DNA from: an uncultured Chloroflexia bacterium
Lineage (GTDB): Bacteria > Chloroflexota > Limnocylindria > Limnocylindrales > CSP1-4
DNA: 64,000 nt
Direction: 5' to 3'
NCBI GenBank assembly: GCA_963816135.1
Contig: CAWFJD010000019.1
Span: 1,397 to 65,396 of the forward strand
In this document: positions 48,218 to 57,971 of the stretch, one piece after another
Numbering within the stretch: position 1 is the first letter of the stretch
Layout of the letters: each line of letters opens with the position of its first letter
Translations under genes and position numbers: made by a program
The notes under the pieces: generated by a model
Seen by the model: the letters and a program-made list of their open reading frames with translations, nothing else
Told to the model about the DNA's origin: nothing
Databases searched by the model: none

Positions 48218-49584
48218 TCAGTGTTCCTGGCCGTGCTCCGAGCCGGCGTGAGTCGAAATGGGCAGGAAGACCCGGAACGTGCTGCCGCGGCCCCGCTCCG
48301 TCCTGACCTCCATGGCGCCGTCGTTGGCCCGCACGAGGCCCAGGGCCACGGGCAGGCCCAGGCCGCGGCCGAGGAACTTGGTCGTGAAGAACGGATCGAA
48401 GGCGTTGTGCAGCGTCTCCGGATCCATTCCTTCGCCGCGGTCGGTGACCTCCAGGCAGGCATAGGGGCCCGACGCGGGAGTCCAACCCGGCGACAGGAAG
48501 GCGGACGGCCGGACGGCCCCGGCCGGGAGTTCGAAAACCGACACGCCCAACTCGCCCTCGCAGTTGGTCATCGCTTCGGCGGCGTTGGCGACCAGATTCG
48601 TGAGGATCTGGTCTATGTCGATGGAATTGGCCCGGACCAGGAGAGGGTGATCCGGCCAATCCGACCCGGACCCGGACGTTCGCCGGCAGGTTGTGAGCCA
48701 GGCCGGAGAGCGCCTCTCGGCAGACCCGCACCAGGTCCAGCCGCCGCTTGGTCCGGAGGCTCTGGCCCAGGTAGGCGAGCATCAGCTGGCCGACGCTGGA
48801 AGCCTGCTCGGCCGCTTCCCTGGCGTGCTCGATGTCGCTCCGGGGATTGCCGCCGCCTTTGAGCTCTTCGAGGGCGATGTCGAGATAGCCGGTCACGGCC
48901 GTGAGCTTGTTGTTGAAGTGATGGGCGACGGCCGCGGCCATCCTGGCGAGGCTTTCCGACTTCTCGGCCTGCCGGAGCTTGGCCTCCAGCCGCAGGCGCT
49001 CTTCCTCAGCGTTGGCTCGCTCGAGTACGAGCCCGATCCGATGAGCCATGGCCATCAGCAGGTCGCCGTCGGACCGCGAAAAAGGGGTCATCTGGCAGCG
49101 GGCGAGAAGCAGGACGCCGAGGACCTTCTGCGGGCCGTTGATCGGCAGCCAGGCGGCACTACGGACGCCGAGTTCCTCGAGCTGAGGGTCGAATTCGGCA
49201 GCCGTCGGTGGAGCCCTCGCACAGGACGGCCGATTTGCTTCCGATGGCTTGGAAGGCGCAGCTGCCTTCTGTGCTCGAGAACGAACTGATCATCTGCTCG
49301 TCCGGGAGGCCGATCGCGCCCATCGGGCTCAGCGTCGAGGCAGTCTCGCTCTCCAGAAGGGCGACGACGTCCGCAGCGAAGAGGGCCGAGAGGGCCAGAA
49401 GCACCCGATCGACCACGACGGCGATCGGCGCCGGTTCGCTGAGGATGGCGAACAGCTGATTGAGCCGGGTCGTGTCCCTGATGGCGATCTGATACTCGGC
49501 GAGGGGCGCGTCGGATCGAAGCTCCGCGATACCTGCCGCGGCGCCTGCCGTCTCGTCATCTTCATCGCGAACCGGATTGACCAC
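48218..49584 (-). pseudogene. GAF-domain sensor histidine kinase, two apparent +1 frameshifts near 49205 and 48662
   Basis: The GAF-like N-terminus is ORF 49159..49584. The H-box (AAAVAHHFNNKLTAV) is ORF 47895..49091. The HATPase_c (ILTNLVANAAEA, VTDRGEGMD, GRGLGL) is ORF 48218..48571. The frames step one way. Confidence 0.8.
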
Positions 49585-49652
49585 TCGCTACCCCGACCCC
49601 GAGCGGGTCGTGCGCCATCGAAGGACCACGGCCATTGCCGCGGCGTCACTCA

Positions 49653-50822
49653 TCACAGCGCCACGGCCGTAAGGGTGGCGTTGTGGGTGCCCAGGACGCC
49701 CGCCGTGCGAGCGAATTCGGCACAGCAGTAGAAGCCGAAGGTGGGTAGATCGCCGGCGGCGGCCTGGAGGCGCTGAGCTTCCTCGGGCGCCCGATCCTTG
49801 AAGATCATCGCCCGGGCAGCGCAGCTGAAGGTCAGCAGGACGGCGGGCTCCGGGCCGGCGCCGATCGCCTCGGCCACCACGTTCTCGGTCACGTTGAGGA
49901 GATCGTCCACGGTTCCGCCCATGACCTGAACGGCGCTGCCAACCGGCGGAACGCAGCCCTGGATCGTGAGCGTGCCCTGCGGATTCATCGATCGCGCCAC
50001 GCGAATGACGTGGGTGCCGTCGGGCTGCATCAGCCCGAAAGGATGGACGATCGAGGTTCCCCAGAACGTCTCGGGCGTGAGCTCCGCGGGCAGGCCGAGC
50101 TCTTCTTCATATGCCGCGGCCGCGGGCCGCCCCCCGAGCTCCGCGATGTGGGTCCCTTCGGCGCTCGTGACGAGGAGCGGCGCACCGATCGGTTCCCAGC
50201 CGTGGCGGGTGACGACGCGCAGCGGATGATCGCTCGCGATCCACAACACCAGGGCCGCTTTGTTGAGTACGTCGCCGTCGTGGAACACCGAGGACTTGAC
50301 GAACCGCTGTTCGTCGCCCGCGGCCCCGCCCACGATGGCCACCTTGGGCCCGCACACTCGATACACGCCCTGGACGAACTGCTGGAGATCGCCGAGCAGG
50401 GAATCGGTGATCAGAAGCGCGGCCGCGTATGGAGATGCGCCCAGCTGCCCTCGAGCGTCGCGGGCGAGTGTCTGGCCGATGCCGTCGAGATCGCCTTCGA
50501 TGTCCGATGCCGATGCGACCGCGAAGCGATACGTACCGGCCGTCATGGCCATGACGCCGACGCCTCCGCCGAAGCCCAGGTACTGGCCTCCGACGATCTC
50601 ACCCGAACCGGTCGAGCCCACCAGGAGCGCCGAGCCCGTGATCGACCGGACGCCTTCGAGCAAGGCCGGCAGGTCATAGCGCGGCGTCGCGAAGACGAGC
50701 ACCAGGGCTGGGCTCTCCTGCTCGAGTGGCGCCACGGCCGTTTCGGCTGCCTCCCGCCCGGCTTCGTACGCTTCCATCCGCGTGCAGACGCCTATGCCTA
50801 CACGAACCCTCTGTTCTGCCAT
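49653..50822 (-). CDS. FIST-domain signal transduction protein
   Basis: 389 aa. FIST_N/FIST_C-like layout (..LVLVFATPRYD.., ..GFYCCAEFA..). Intact. Confidence 0.8.
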   Translation of the reverse strand: MAEQRVRVGIGVCTRMEAYEAGREAAETAVAPLEQESPALVLVFATPRYDLPALLEGVRSITGSALLVGSTGSGEIVGGQYLGFGGGVGVMAMTAGTYRFAVASASDIEGDLDGIGQTLARDARGQLGASPYAAALLITDSLLGDLQQFVQGVYRVCGPKVAIVGGAAGDEQRFVKSSVFHDGDVLNKAALVLWIASDHPLRVVTRHGWEPIGAPLLVTSAEGTHIAELGGRPAAAAYEEELGLPAELTPETFWGTSIVHPFGLMQPDGTHVIRVARSMNPQGTLTIQGCVPPVGSAVQVMGGTVDDLLNVTENVVAEAIGAGPEPAVLLTFSCAARAMIFKDRAPEEAQRLQAAAGDLPTFGFYCCAEFARTAGVLGTHNATLTAVAL

Positions 50823-51047
50823 CCCTGGTCCACCCGCTCTTCGGCCAGAATCCGCCTGGCGGAAACGACCCCCGGGGCAGTATAGAAAGCGCGTCTCGAA
50901 ATTCCGTCACACGGATTCGGGAGTGCGGGGACCCTAAGGTCACCGATTCGCATGCGCAAGAGGAACTACTCGCCCGGAAAGAAATGCCGGTCCAGCGCTC
51001 GGGAGCGGGCTCGCCGGAGCCGGCCCCGAGGGCCGAGGGGCGATGAC

Positions 51048-51467
51048 CTAGATCGCTCGCATCCGGTTGTTCTTCGGGTTGTGTTCGACTTCGGCGAGGC
51101 CGAGGGCTTCCAGAAGCGGTGGGACGTACATGCCGAATCGGCCGCGCAGTCCTTTCTTGAGGCCGTACCAGCCACCGACCGGATTCTCGGATGAGCGGCC
51201 CCATGCCTCGACCGTCCCGGGCGCGGGTTCCTTCTGCTCGTCCGCGCTGCCCAGCTCCATCCAATCGCCGCGCCGCTTCAGCATCTCGTGCAGGTCGTCT
51301 ATGCAGCGGAGCTGGTAGCGGAGAGTCGTGGTGCCGACCACGCAGACGAGCGCGGGCGGATCGGCTGCCTCGTCTCGATACATCTGATACTCGGCATTGC
51401 CGCTCGGGGTCTTGAGCTGCCAGGGCCTTTCCTTGGTGCCCAGACCGCTCGTATCCAGTGCCGCCAT
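51048..51467 (-). CDS. Small conserved hypothetical protein (139 aa)
   Basis: AGGAGG-N7-ATG. The sequence ..YQMYRDEAADPPALVCVVG..GGWYGLKKGLRGRFGMYVPPLLEALGLAEVEHNPKNNRMRA resembles a widespread uncharacterised family. I cannot confidently recall the family name. Confidence 0.7.
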   Translation of the reverse strand: MAALDTSGLGTKERPWQLKTPSGNAEYQMYRDEAADPPALVCVVGTTTLRYQLRCIDDLHEMLKRRGDWMELGSADEQKEPAPGTVEAWGRSSENPVGGWYGLKKGLRGRFGMYVPPLLEALGLAEVEHNPKNNRMRAI

Positions 51468-51586
51468 CTCGTTTCCTCCTGCAAACCCACATTGGGTTGC
51501 CCGGCAGCGTATGGCCAGGCGGTCGCGAAAAGCTCGGCGCCGCGCTTTCGTTGGCTCGAATGTCGGCTGGCGCGACGGGGCTTTGC

Positions 51587-53827
51587 CTAGGTCGGAGAAG
51601 GGGCAGCGACGGCCGGCGGCGGCGTGGGCGTGGGCGCCGGAGTCGGCGCCGGTGTAGGAGGCGCGGGAGTAGCGGCCGGAGTGGGTCTGACAACCGGCGC
51701 CGGAGTGGCGGTCCGGCCGGCCACGGCGGAGGTGGGTCGTGCCGATGCGGACGCGGCGGCGGAAGCGCCGGCCGAGGCGGCCGGGCCCGAAGGAGTGGGA
51801 GCTGCGCTCGGTCCGACTGGTATGCCCAGGAACGGACCCTGGACCGGGCCTGCGGGCACGGCCTTGAAGGGAAGGTCCGCGATGGGTGCGCGACCACTCT
51901 CGGCGACGACGCCGGCGGCGAAGGCGAGTGCCAGCAGTCCGGCGGCCACGATGCCAAGGCGGCCCGGGCCCGTGTTGATCACGCTTCCCACGCTCGGGCT
52001 CAGTTCCAGGCCCATCTTCTGTCGGAGGACGGCCTCGATGGGCGCACGGTTCGGATCGCCGAGCGCATAGACCGTGGCCGATCCGTAGATGAGCATCGCC
52101 CAGGCGAGCAGGCCCACGAGAACCAGGCCGAGCGGCGCGAGACCCAGCCGGGCGAGGACGAGCACGAGCAGCACCGCCGAGACGACGGCCACGAGCGTTT
52201 CGAGCCAGACCATTCGAATCTCGCGGACCGAGGCAGCGCCGGCGAACTTGGGGGTGCGCAGGAAGACGCCCTTCTTCTCGATCATGCCGCGCAAACAGGC
52301 CAGGGCTATGACCCAGCTCAACGAGAAGTTGACCCGAAGCGCGGCCATCGCCAGCGCCGGCCCGGAGCCCGTGGTCACGCGCAGAGCCCACAGATAGCGG
52401 ACCAGGGCGAGCACGATGTAGACCGTCGGCAGGATGATGCCGATGCCCGTCAGCCGCTGGATCACGAACGGCCGGCCGAGGACCGCACCCACGGCGGTGG
52501 CCAGGACGAAGGCCGTGAAGCCAAGCGTCAGGAAGTCGTTGAACCACCAGAGGGAGCCCATGAGGTGGGCGTAGCGCTGGCCGATGCTCAGGCGTGTCCG
52601 AGGATCGATGAGCGTCCGCCAGTGGCGGCGCAGGATCTGCACTCCGCCGAACGCCCAGCGGAAGCGCTGCTTCCGGAGGCCTTCGTAGGTCAGCGGCATG
52701 ATGCCCCGCCCGAAGGCCCGGGGAATGTAGACCGATCGATAGCCTCGAGCGAGGACCCGAAGGCTCACCTCGGCGTCCTCGGTGATGATGTCCTCGTCCC
52801 AGCCGCCCACCTCGTCGAGAGCCGATCGCCGGATCAGGCCCATCGTTCCGGCGAAGATGATCGCGTTCCAGTGAGCCCGGCTCACCATGCCCACCTTGAA
52901 GAAGTAGGCCAGGCCCACGTAGCAGGCGCGGTAGAAGGCCGAGTCTTCCCAGGCTCGATAGTCCTGCGGCGTCTGGACGAACGCGACTGCCGGATCGTTG
53001 AAGTAGGGGATCAGCGAAGTCAGCCAGTTCGGCTTGACGATGTAGTCGGCATCGATGATGCCCACGACCTCGACGTCGGGTGCCAGGTGGTCGCGGGCCC
53101 AGTTCAGGGCGCCGGCCTTGAAGCCCGGCCACTTGGGGAGATGGATGAACTCCACCTGGTGGCCCGCCGTGGCGAGCCTCGTGCACTCCTCCATCAGCGG
53201 TTGCCACAGCTCGGAATCCGGGGTGTTGTTGTCGATCACCTGGATCCGAAGCGAGGGGTAGTCGAGGGCGACGAGCGAGCGCACGGTCTCGATGACGAGC
53301 TCCGGCGGTTCGTTGTAGGTCGGAACCTGCAGGCAGACGACGGGCCATCGCGCCGGAGCGGGCGGCAACGGCGGCTCTCGCTCCGGCGAGCAGATCGCAT
53401 CCACCATCTCGAAGGCCGTGCCGAGAATCAGGAGCAGGGCTCCCGCCTCGAGGACGATGAGCGTGGCGCCCAGCAGGACCGATGCGGGGTCATGGGCAAG
53501 CAGGATCGCGGCTCGCGCCAGGTACGAGATGTAGAGCACGGTCCCGACGAGGAGGCTGGCGAAGCAGATCGTCCCGATCGCGTACCAGCGCCGGGGGCAG
53601 ATGAGCGAAACGAGCCCAATGAGAAGCCCCGCCTGGATGGGCTCCGTGGAATGGGTCACGAATGCCAGGAATCCGACCCCGAGCGCGATGGCCACGAGCG
53701 CCTGAAACCGCCAGCTCCAGCCGGGCAGCGGTTCCTCTCCGTCGGCCAGGAGGAACAACGTGGCCACGGCGAGGATGGCGAAGGCTGTGAGCAGAGTCAG
53801 ATCTGGCATGGCATCGCGGGCCACCAT
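51587..53827 (-). CDS. Processive family-2 glycosyltransferase (cellulose/chitin/PNAG-synthase-like), polytopic, with Pro/Ala/Thr-rich tail
   Basis: VPTYNEP, VIDNNT, IIDADY (DxD), IITEDAE (TED), QRFRW (QxxRW). ~4 N-terminal and ~6 C-terminal TM. Intact 746 aa. Confidence 0.9.
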   Translation of the reverse strand: MVARDAMPDLTLLTAFAILAVATLFLLADGEEPLPGWSWRFQALVAIALGVGFLAFVTHSTEPIQAGLLIGLVSLICPRRWYAIGTICFASLLVGTVLYISYLARAAILLAHDPASVLLGATLIVLEAGALLLILGTAFEMVDAICSPEREPPLPPAPARWPVVCLQVPTYNEPPELVIETVRSLVALDYPSLRIQVIDNNTPDSELWQPLMEECTRLATAGHQVEFIHLPKWPGFKAGALNWARDHLAPDVEVVGIIDADYIVKPNWLTSLIPYFNDPAVAFVQTPQDYRAWEDSAFYRACYVGLAYFFKVGMVSRAHWNAIIFAGTMGLIRRSALDEVGGWDEDIITEDAEVSLRVLARGYRSVYIPRAFGRGIMPLTYEGLRKQRFRWAFGGVQILRRHWRTLIDPRTRLSIGQRYAHLMGSLWWFNDFLTLGFTAFVLATAVGAVLGRPFVIQRLTGIGIILPTVYIVLALVRYLWALRVTTGSGPALAMAALRVNFSLSWVIALACLRGMIEKKGVFLRTPKFAGAASVREIRMVWLETLVAVVSAVLLVLVLARLGLAPLGLVLVGLLAWAMLIYGSATVYALGDPNRAPIEAVLRQKMGLELSPSVGSVINTGPGRLGIVAAGLLALAFAAGVVAESGRAPIADLPFKAVPAGPVQGPFLGIPVGPSAAPTPSGPAASAGASAAASASARPTSAVAGRTATPAPVVRPTPAATPAPPTPAPTPAPTPTPPPAVAAPSPT

Positions 53828-53930
53828 GCCAGTTTGGGGGATGTGGACAGCGTTGCCGGCCGGTGCGACGCGGTAACAGTCTCATTGCATCCTGAGCGCC
53901 TACCGGGCCTGGGGCGCCCGACGCGTAGGT

Positions 53931-54662
53931 TCAGGTGCTGACGATCTCGACGCCGTAACGGGCGGTCTCGAGCGTGCCCGCCCCGGCGAAGACCTCCGTG
54001 CCCGCCTCGATGCCCACGAGGTAGGCCGCGTCGCTCAGGCCGTCGGACATCAGGTATTCGAAGAACTGTCCCAGATCCAGCGACACTGAGTCCGTGTTCG
54101 CGCTCCGGACGAACGAATGGACCGTCCAGCTGCCCTGAGGATGCGGCCCCTGCCACAGCTCCCAGGCCACGCCTCCGATCGTCACAGCCGCCTGCCTCGT
54201 CCCGATCGGGGTCGCGTCGCCGTCGCGGTGCAGCCAGATCATCAGTTCGTCTGTGAGGTCCTCCGGCTTCGGGTCCGGCGCCCGGGCGAGCCATATGTCG
54301 TACGAGATGTTCTGGGGACCCGGCGCTGACCTCTCGAGGTGGTAATCCCAGAGAGAATGGGCGCTCTCGATCTCGGACAGGCGGATCGGCAGGCCGGTGT
54401 CCGGAACCGGCCAGCCCCAATGCCAGCCGAGAACCGCCGCGACGTAGGACTTGACCGAGTTCGCGGGGCCGGTCCACTCCCACTTCGTGCCCCAGGCGAG
54501 CTGTTCGTCATCCGCGCCGGAGGTTCCGGGATCGGCCGCGGCGGCCTGGGTGGGCGCCCACAGGCACTGCGATCCCGACCCGGCCGCGGCTCCCCACAGG
54601 TTGTTGAAGAGCAAGTACCGGCCACGAACGAGAGACTCACCGTTGGCGCATATGCGGTCCAC
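53931..54662 (-). CDS. Glycoside hydrolase family 12-like protein without a signal peptide
   Basis: GGAGGTGG RBS then GTG (V58 of ORF 53931..54833). RYLLFNNLWG, VKSY, ISYDIWL, ELMIWL (nucleophile Glu context), IEAGTEVF (acid/base Glu context). These resemble Streptomyces CelB2-type GH12. Confidence 0.78.
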   Translation of the reverse strand: MDRICANGESLVRGRYLLFNNLWGAAAGSGSQCLWAPTQAAAADPGTSGADDEQLAWGTKWEWTGPANSVKSYVAAVLGWHWGWPVPDTGLPIRLSEIESAHSLWDYHLERSAPGPQNISYDIWLARAPDPKPEDLTDELMIWLHRDGDATPIGTRQAAVTIGGVAWELWQGPHPQGSWTVHSFVRSANTDSVSLDLGQFFEYLMSDGLSDAAYLVGIEAGTEVFAGAGTLETARYGVEIVST

Positions 54663-54747
54663 GCCCCACCTCCATGCGGATCTTACGAGCACGTTGAATT
54701 TCGGGCACTCGGCCCCGGCGATCGGCCCCGGCGCCTCCGGTTCTCGC

Positions 54748-55665
54748 TCAGGCCGCGGGGACTCTGGCCAGCACCGGCTCGACGATGTTCTCCGCGACCC
54801 AGTGGACCGGCGACTCCGAGGCTCCGACCACACCCAGGATGAAGTGGCTCGCTCCCGCGTCCACGAACTCGAGGACGTTGTCGAGGGCTCGGCCCGGGTC
54901 CGCCTGATCTTCGGGTCGCAGTATCAGCTGGACCGCTCGGGCGATCTCGGCCGGGTTCCGGCCGATCTCCGCACAGTGGCTATCGAGGACCGCGCTCTTC
55001 TGGCGCAACTCCGCGGCGTCGCGAGCGGGGCAGACCCACATGTCGGCGTTCTCCGCCACGATCCGTAGCGAGACGCGCTCGCCGGCCGCGGCGATCAGCA
55101 TCGGCGGATGGGGCCGCTGGACGGGCTTGGGCACGCAGATCGCGCCCTTGAGGGTGTAGTAGGCGCCATTGAAGTCGAACGGCTCGTCCTCGGTCCACAT
55201 CCGGCGGAAGATCGTGCAGGCTTCGCCAAGCGCTCCGACGGCCTCCGCGGGAGAGACGACGTCGATGCCGTAGGCGTCCAACTCCCGGTGGACGAGACTG
55301 AGGCCGGCCGGATCGGTGACCGCGAACCCGCCCGCGCCGATGCCGAAGATCAGCCGGCCCGCACTGATCTGATCGACGGTCGCGGCCATCTTGGCCAGGA
55401 CGGCCGGCGGCCGGAGGCGGTTGCTGGTCACGACGACGCCGAGGCGGAGTCTCCTCGTCTGAGCGGCCAGCGCGGCCAGGAGCGTCCACGCTTCCAGGGC
55501 GGGGCCGGTCACGTCGCCACGAAGCGGCACGAGGTGATCCCAGAGCCAGGCGTGCTCGAATACCGGGTTCTCGTCGGCCTCTCGCCAGATGTCGAGGACT
55601 CGTTCGTATGTCGTGTTTGCCTGGCTGGTCTTGATCCCGAAGCTCAATCGATGTCCGTCATCCAT
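54748..55665 (-). CDS. LLM-class F420-dependent oxidoreductase
   Basis: 305-aa tail of ORF 54748..55914: MDDGHRLSFGIKT..HAWLWDHL..GRLIFGIGAG.. Confidence 0.88.
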   Translation of the reverse strand: MDDGHRLSFGIKTSQANTTYERVLDIWREADENPVFEHAWLWDHLVPLRGDVTGPALEAWTLLAALAAQTRRLRLGVVVTSNRLRPPAVLAKMAATVDQISAGRLIFGIGAGGFAVTDPAGLSLVHRELDAYGIDVVSPAEAVGALGEACTIFRRMWTEDEPFDFNGAYYTLKGAICVPKPVQRPHPPMLIAAAGERVSLRIVAENADMWVCPARDAAELRQKSAVLDSHCAEIGRNPAEIARAVQLILRPEDQADPGRALDNVLEFVDAGASHFILGVVGASESPVHWVAENIVEPVLARVPAA

Positions 55666-55972
55666 GAGCACATCTTCGCCAGGCCTCTCGATCTGGGGGC
55701 CGCTTCGGTCCGGTGCGGCCCAGCCCATCCCACCAGACGACACAGCCGAGCCGACGGCGAGCCCGGACCAACCCGAGGCCTCGGCTCGCCGGCCGTTGCG
55801 TCTGACGCGTGGCCATCTCCGGAACGTCGCCGCTCTTGGACGCTTGTGTCGGAATCCGCAACGGCACGGCTCGGACGCGTTTCGAGCCCGTGACCGATGT
55901 CGAATTCGATGCATCTCGTTCGTCGTCGGGGTAGGTGGCGGGCGGCCGCCACGGCAACGGAGGCCAATCCCA

Positions 55973-56444
55973 ATGCGCTACATGCTTCTCATCTACAGCG
56001 ACGAAGAACAGCAGGCCGCCGCAGCCGGCAGCCGCCGGGTCCGCCGCCGCGGGGGGCGGGCGCGTGGCCGGGTCCGGTGGGACCGCGCCGGCTGAGGTTT
56101 CCCCCGCCTGGCTCGAGTACACGAACTGGCTCGATCGACGCGGGATCAACCTCGGTGGGGAGCGACTGGCGTCGTCGGCAACGGCGACGACGGTCCGGCT
56201 CCGGGACGGCAATCGCCTCATCACGGACGGGCCTTTTGCCGAAACCAAGGAAGTCCTGGGCGGCTACTACATCCTCGAGTGCCGCGATCTCGACGACGCC
56301 CTCGAGGCGGCCGCGCGCTGCCCGGCCGCGGCCTCCGGCTCCGTGGAGGTCAGGCCCCTCGTGCAGATGGCGGGCATGTCCGGTCCCGACACCGGCAAGT
56401 CGAGCGCCGTGGGTGCCGGCGGCGCCGCTTCGGGCCGCAAGTGA
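55973..56444 (+). pseudogene. YciI family protein, one apparent +1 frameshift near 56031
   Basis: MRYMLLIYSDEEQQAAAAGS is the end of ORF 55589..56095. It continues ..AWLEYTNWL..LITDGPFAETKEVLGGYYILEC..GSVEVRPL in ORF 55935..56444. Confidence 0.8.
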
Positions 56445-56479
56445 CGGGGTGGTAGCCGATCGTCCGGTCAGCTGAGCCA

Positions 56480-57758
56480 GTGGGCCCGCAGGCATCGCCA
56501 TCCGGCACGAGCACGGACGCGGCTATCGAGAACGCCTATCGCGAAGCCTACGGAAGCGTGCTCGCGACCCTCATCCGGTTCCTGGGCGGCGACTTCGATG
56601 CCGCGGAAGAGGCGCTCGCCGAGGCCTTCGCAACCGCGTTGGAGACGTGGCCACGCGACGGCGTCCCATCCAATCCCGCGGCCTGGCTGACTACCGCCGG
56701 CCGGAATCGGGCACTGGATCGGATCCGGCGCGAACGCCGGCAGGCGGAGAAGCTCGAGCAGCTGGGGCGTGACGCCGGCTCGGAGGTGGATAGCATGCAG
56801 TTCGGGGCTGAGGACGGCCTGGAGGACGATCGCCTCCGGCTCATCTTCACCTGCTGTCACCCAGCCTTGCCGCTCGACGCGCGCGTTGCCCTGACACTCC
56901 GGACCCTGGGCGGCTTGACGACACCGGAGATCGCCAGGGCATTTCTCGTGCCCGAAGTAACGCTCGCCCAGCGCCTGGTTCGGGCGAAACGGAAGATCCG
57001 CGAGGCCGGCATTCCCTATCGCGTTCCTTCCGGAGACGAGCTGCCGCGGCGACTCGATGGCGTGCTGGCGACCCTCTACCTGGTGTTCAACGAGGGCTAC
57101 CTCGCGACATCTGGCGAGGAAGCGGTCCGGCGCGAGCTGTGCGCGGAGGCGATCAGGCTGGCCTCGATCCTCGCCGAGCTCATGCCGAAGCATTCCGAGA
57201 CCCACGGCCTGCTGGCCCTCTTCCTTCTTCAGGACTCGCGACGCGAGGCTCGATTGGCGGCCGACGGTTCAATCGTGCTCCTCGAAGAGCAGGATCGACG
57301 CCGCTGGGACGTGGCCGAAATCGCGCGAGGCATGGAGGCGCTCGACCGTGGCTTCGCCGCAGCAGCAGGCTCTCCCGGCCGGCCGCTACCTGCTTCAAGC
57401 TTCGATCGCGGCCGAGCATGTCCGCACCATCGACGGACGGCCGACCGATTGGCGGACGATCGCGACGCTGTATTCGGCACTCGAGCGCATCGATCCCAGT
57501 CCCATCGTTTCGCTCAATCGAGCCGTGGCCATAGCTCAAGCCGACGGGCCGGGCGCGGGCCTCTCGCTCCTGGACGATTTGGTTGTTCGGGGCAGGCTCT
57601 CCGGCTACCACCTGCTGCCCGCGGCCCGGGCCGACATGCTCCGCCGCCTCGAGCGACGGACGGAAGCCGCGGCCGAATACGAGCGAGCGCTCGCCCTCGC
57701 CGACAACGACGCCGAACGCCGCTTCCTGCGCCGCCGCATCGCCGAAATGGAGGCTTGA
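56480..57758 (+). pseudogene. ECF-type sigma-70 factor with long C-terminal extension (the type usually paired with YciI), one apparent +1 frameshift near 57352
   Basis: Region 2 AWLTTAGRNRALDRIRRE and region 4 TTPEIARAFLVPEVTLAQRLVRAKRKI in ORF 56480..58411. C-terminal domain (GRYLLQASIAAEHV..SLNRAVAIA..GYHLLPAARADML) is in ORF 57057..57758. Confidence 0.82.
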
Positions 57759-57776
57759 GGACCGGCTCCGGCCGCC

Positions 57777-57950
57777 GCCGGCGCCACTTTCCGGCCGCCT
57801 GGGCGGCGCGAGTCTCCGGCCGCCCGGGCGGCGCGAGTTTCCGGCCCCGGCCGCCCGCCGGCGCACTTTCCGGCCCCGGCCGCCCGCCGGCGCACTTTCC
57901 GGCCGCCCGGCGGCGCACTTTCCGGCCGCTCGGCGGCTGCGTCCGGCGGC
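57777..57950. repeat. Imperfect GC-rich tandem repeat, 6-7 units of 22-31 bp with core GGCGC(A/G)nTTTCCGGCC
   Basis: Seen directly between the convergent stops of the sigma factor (57758) and the HTH gene (57972). Confidence 0.7.
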
Positions 57951-57971
57951 CCGGTTCATGGCGGAGCCCTG

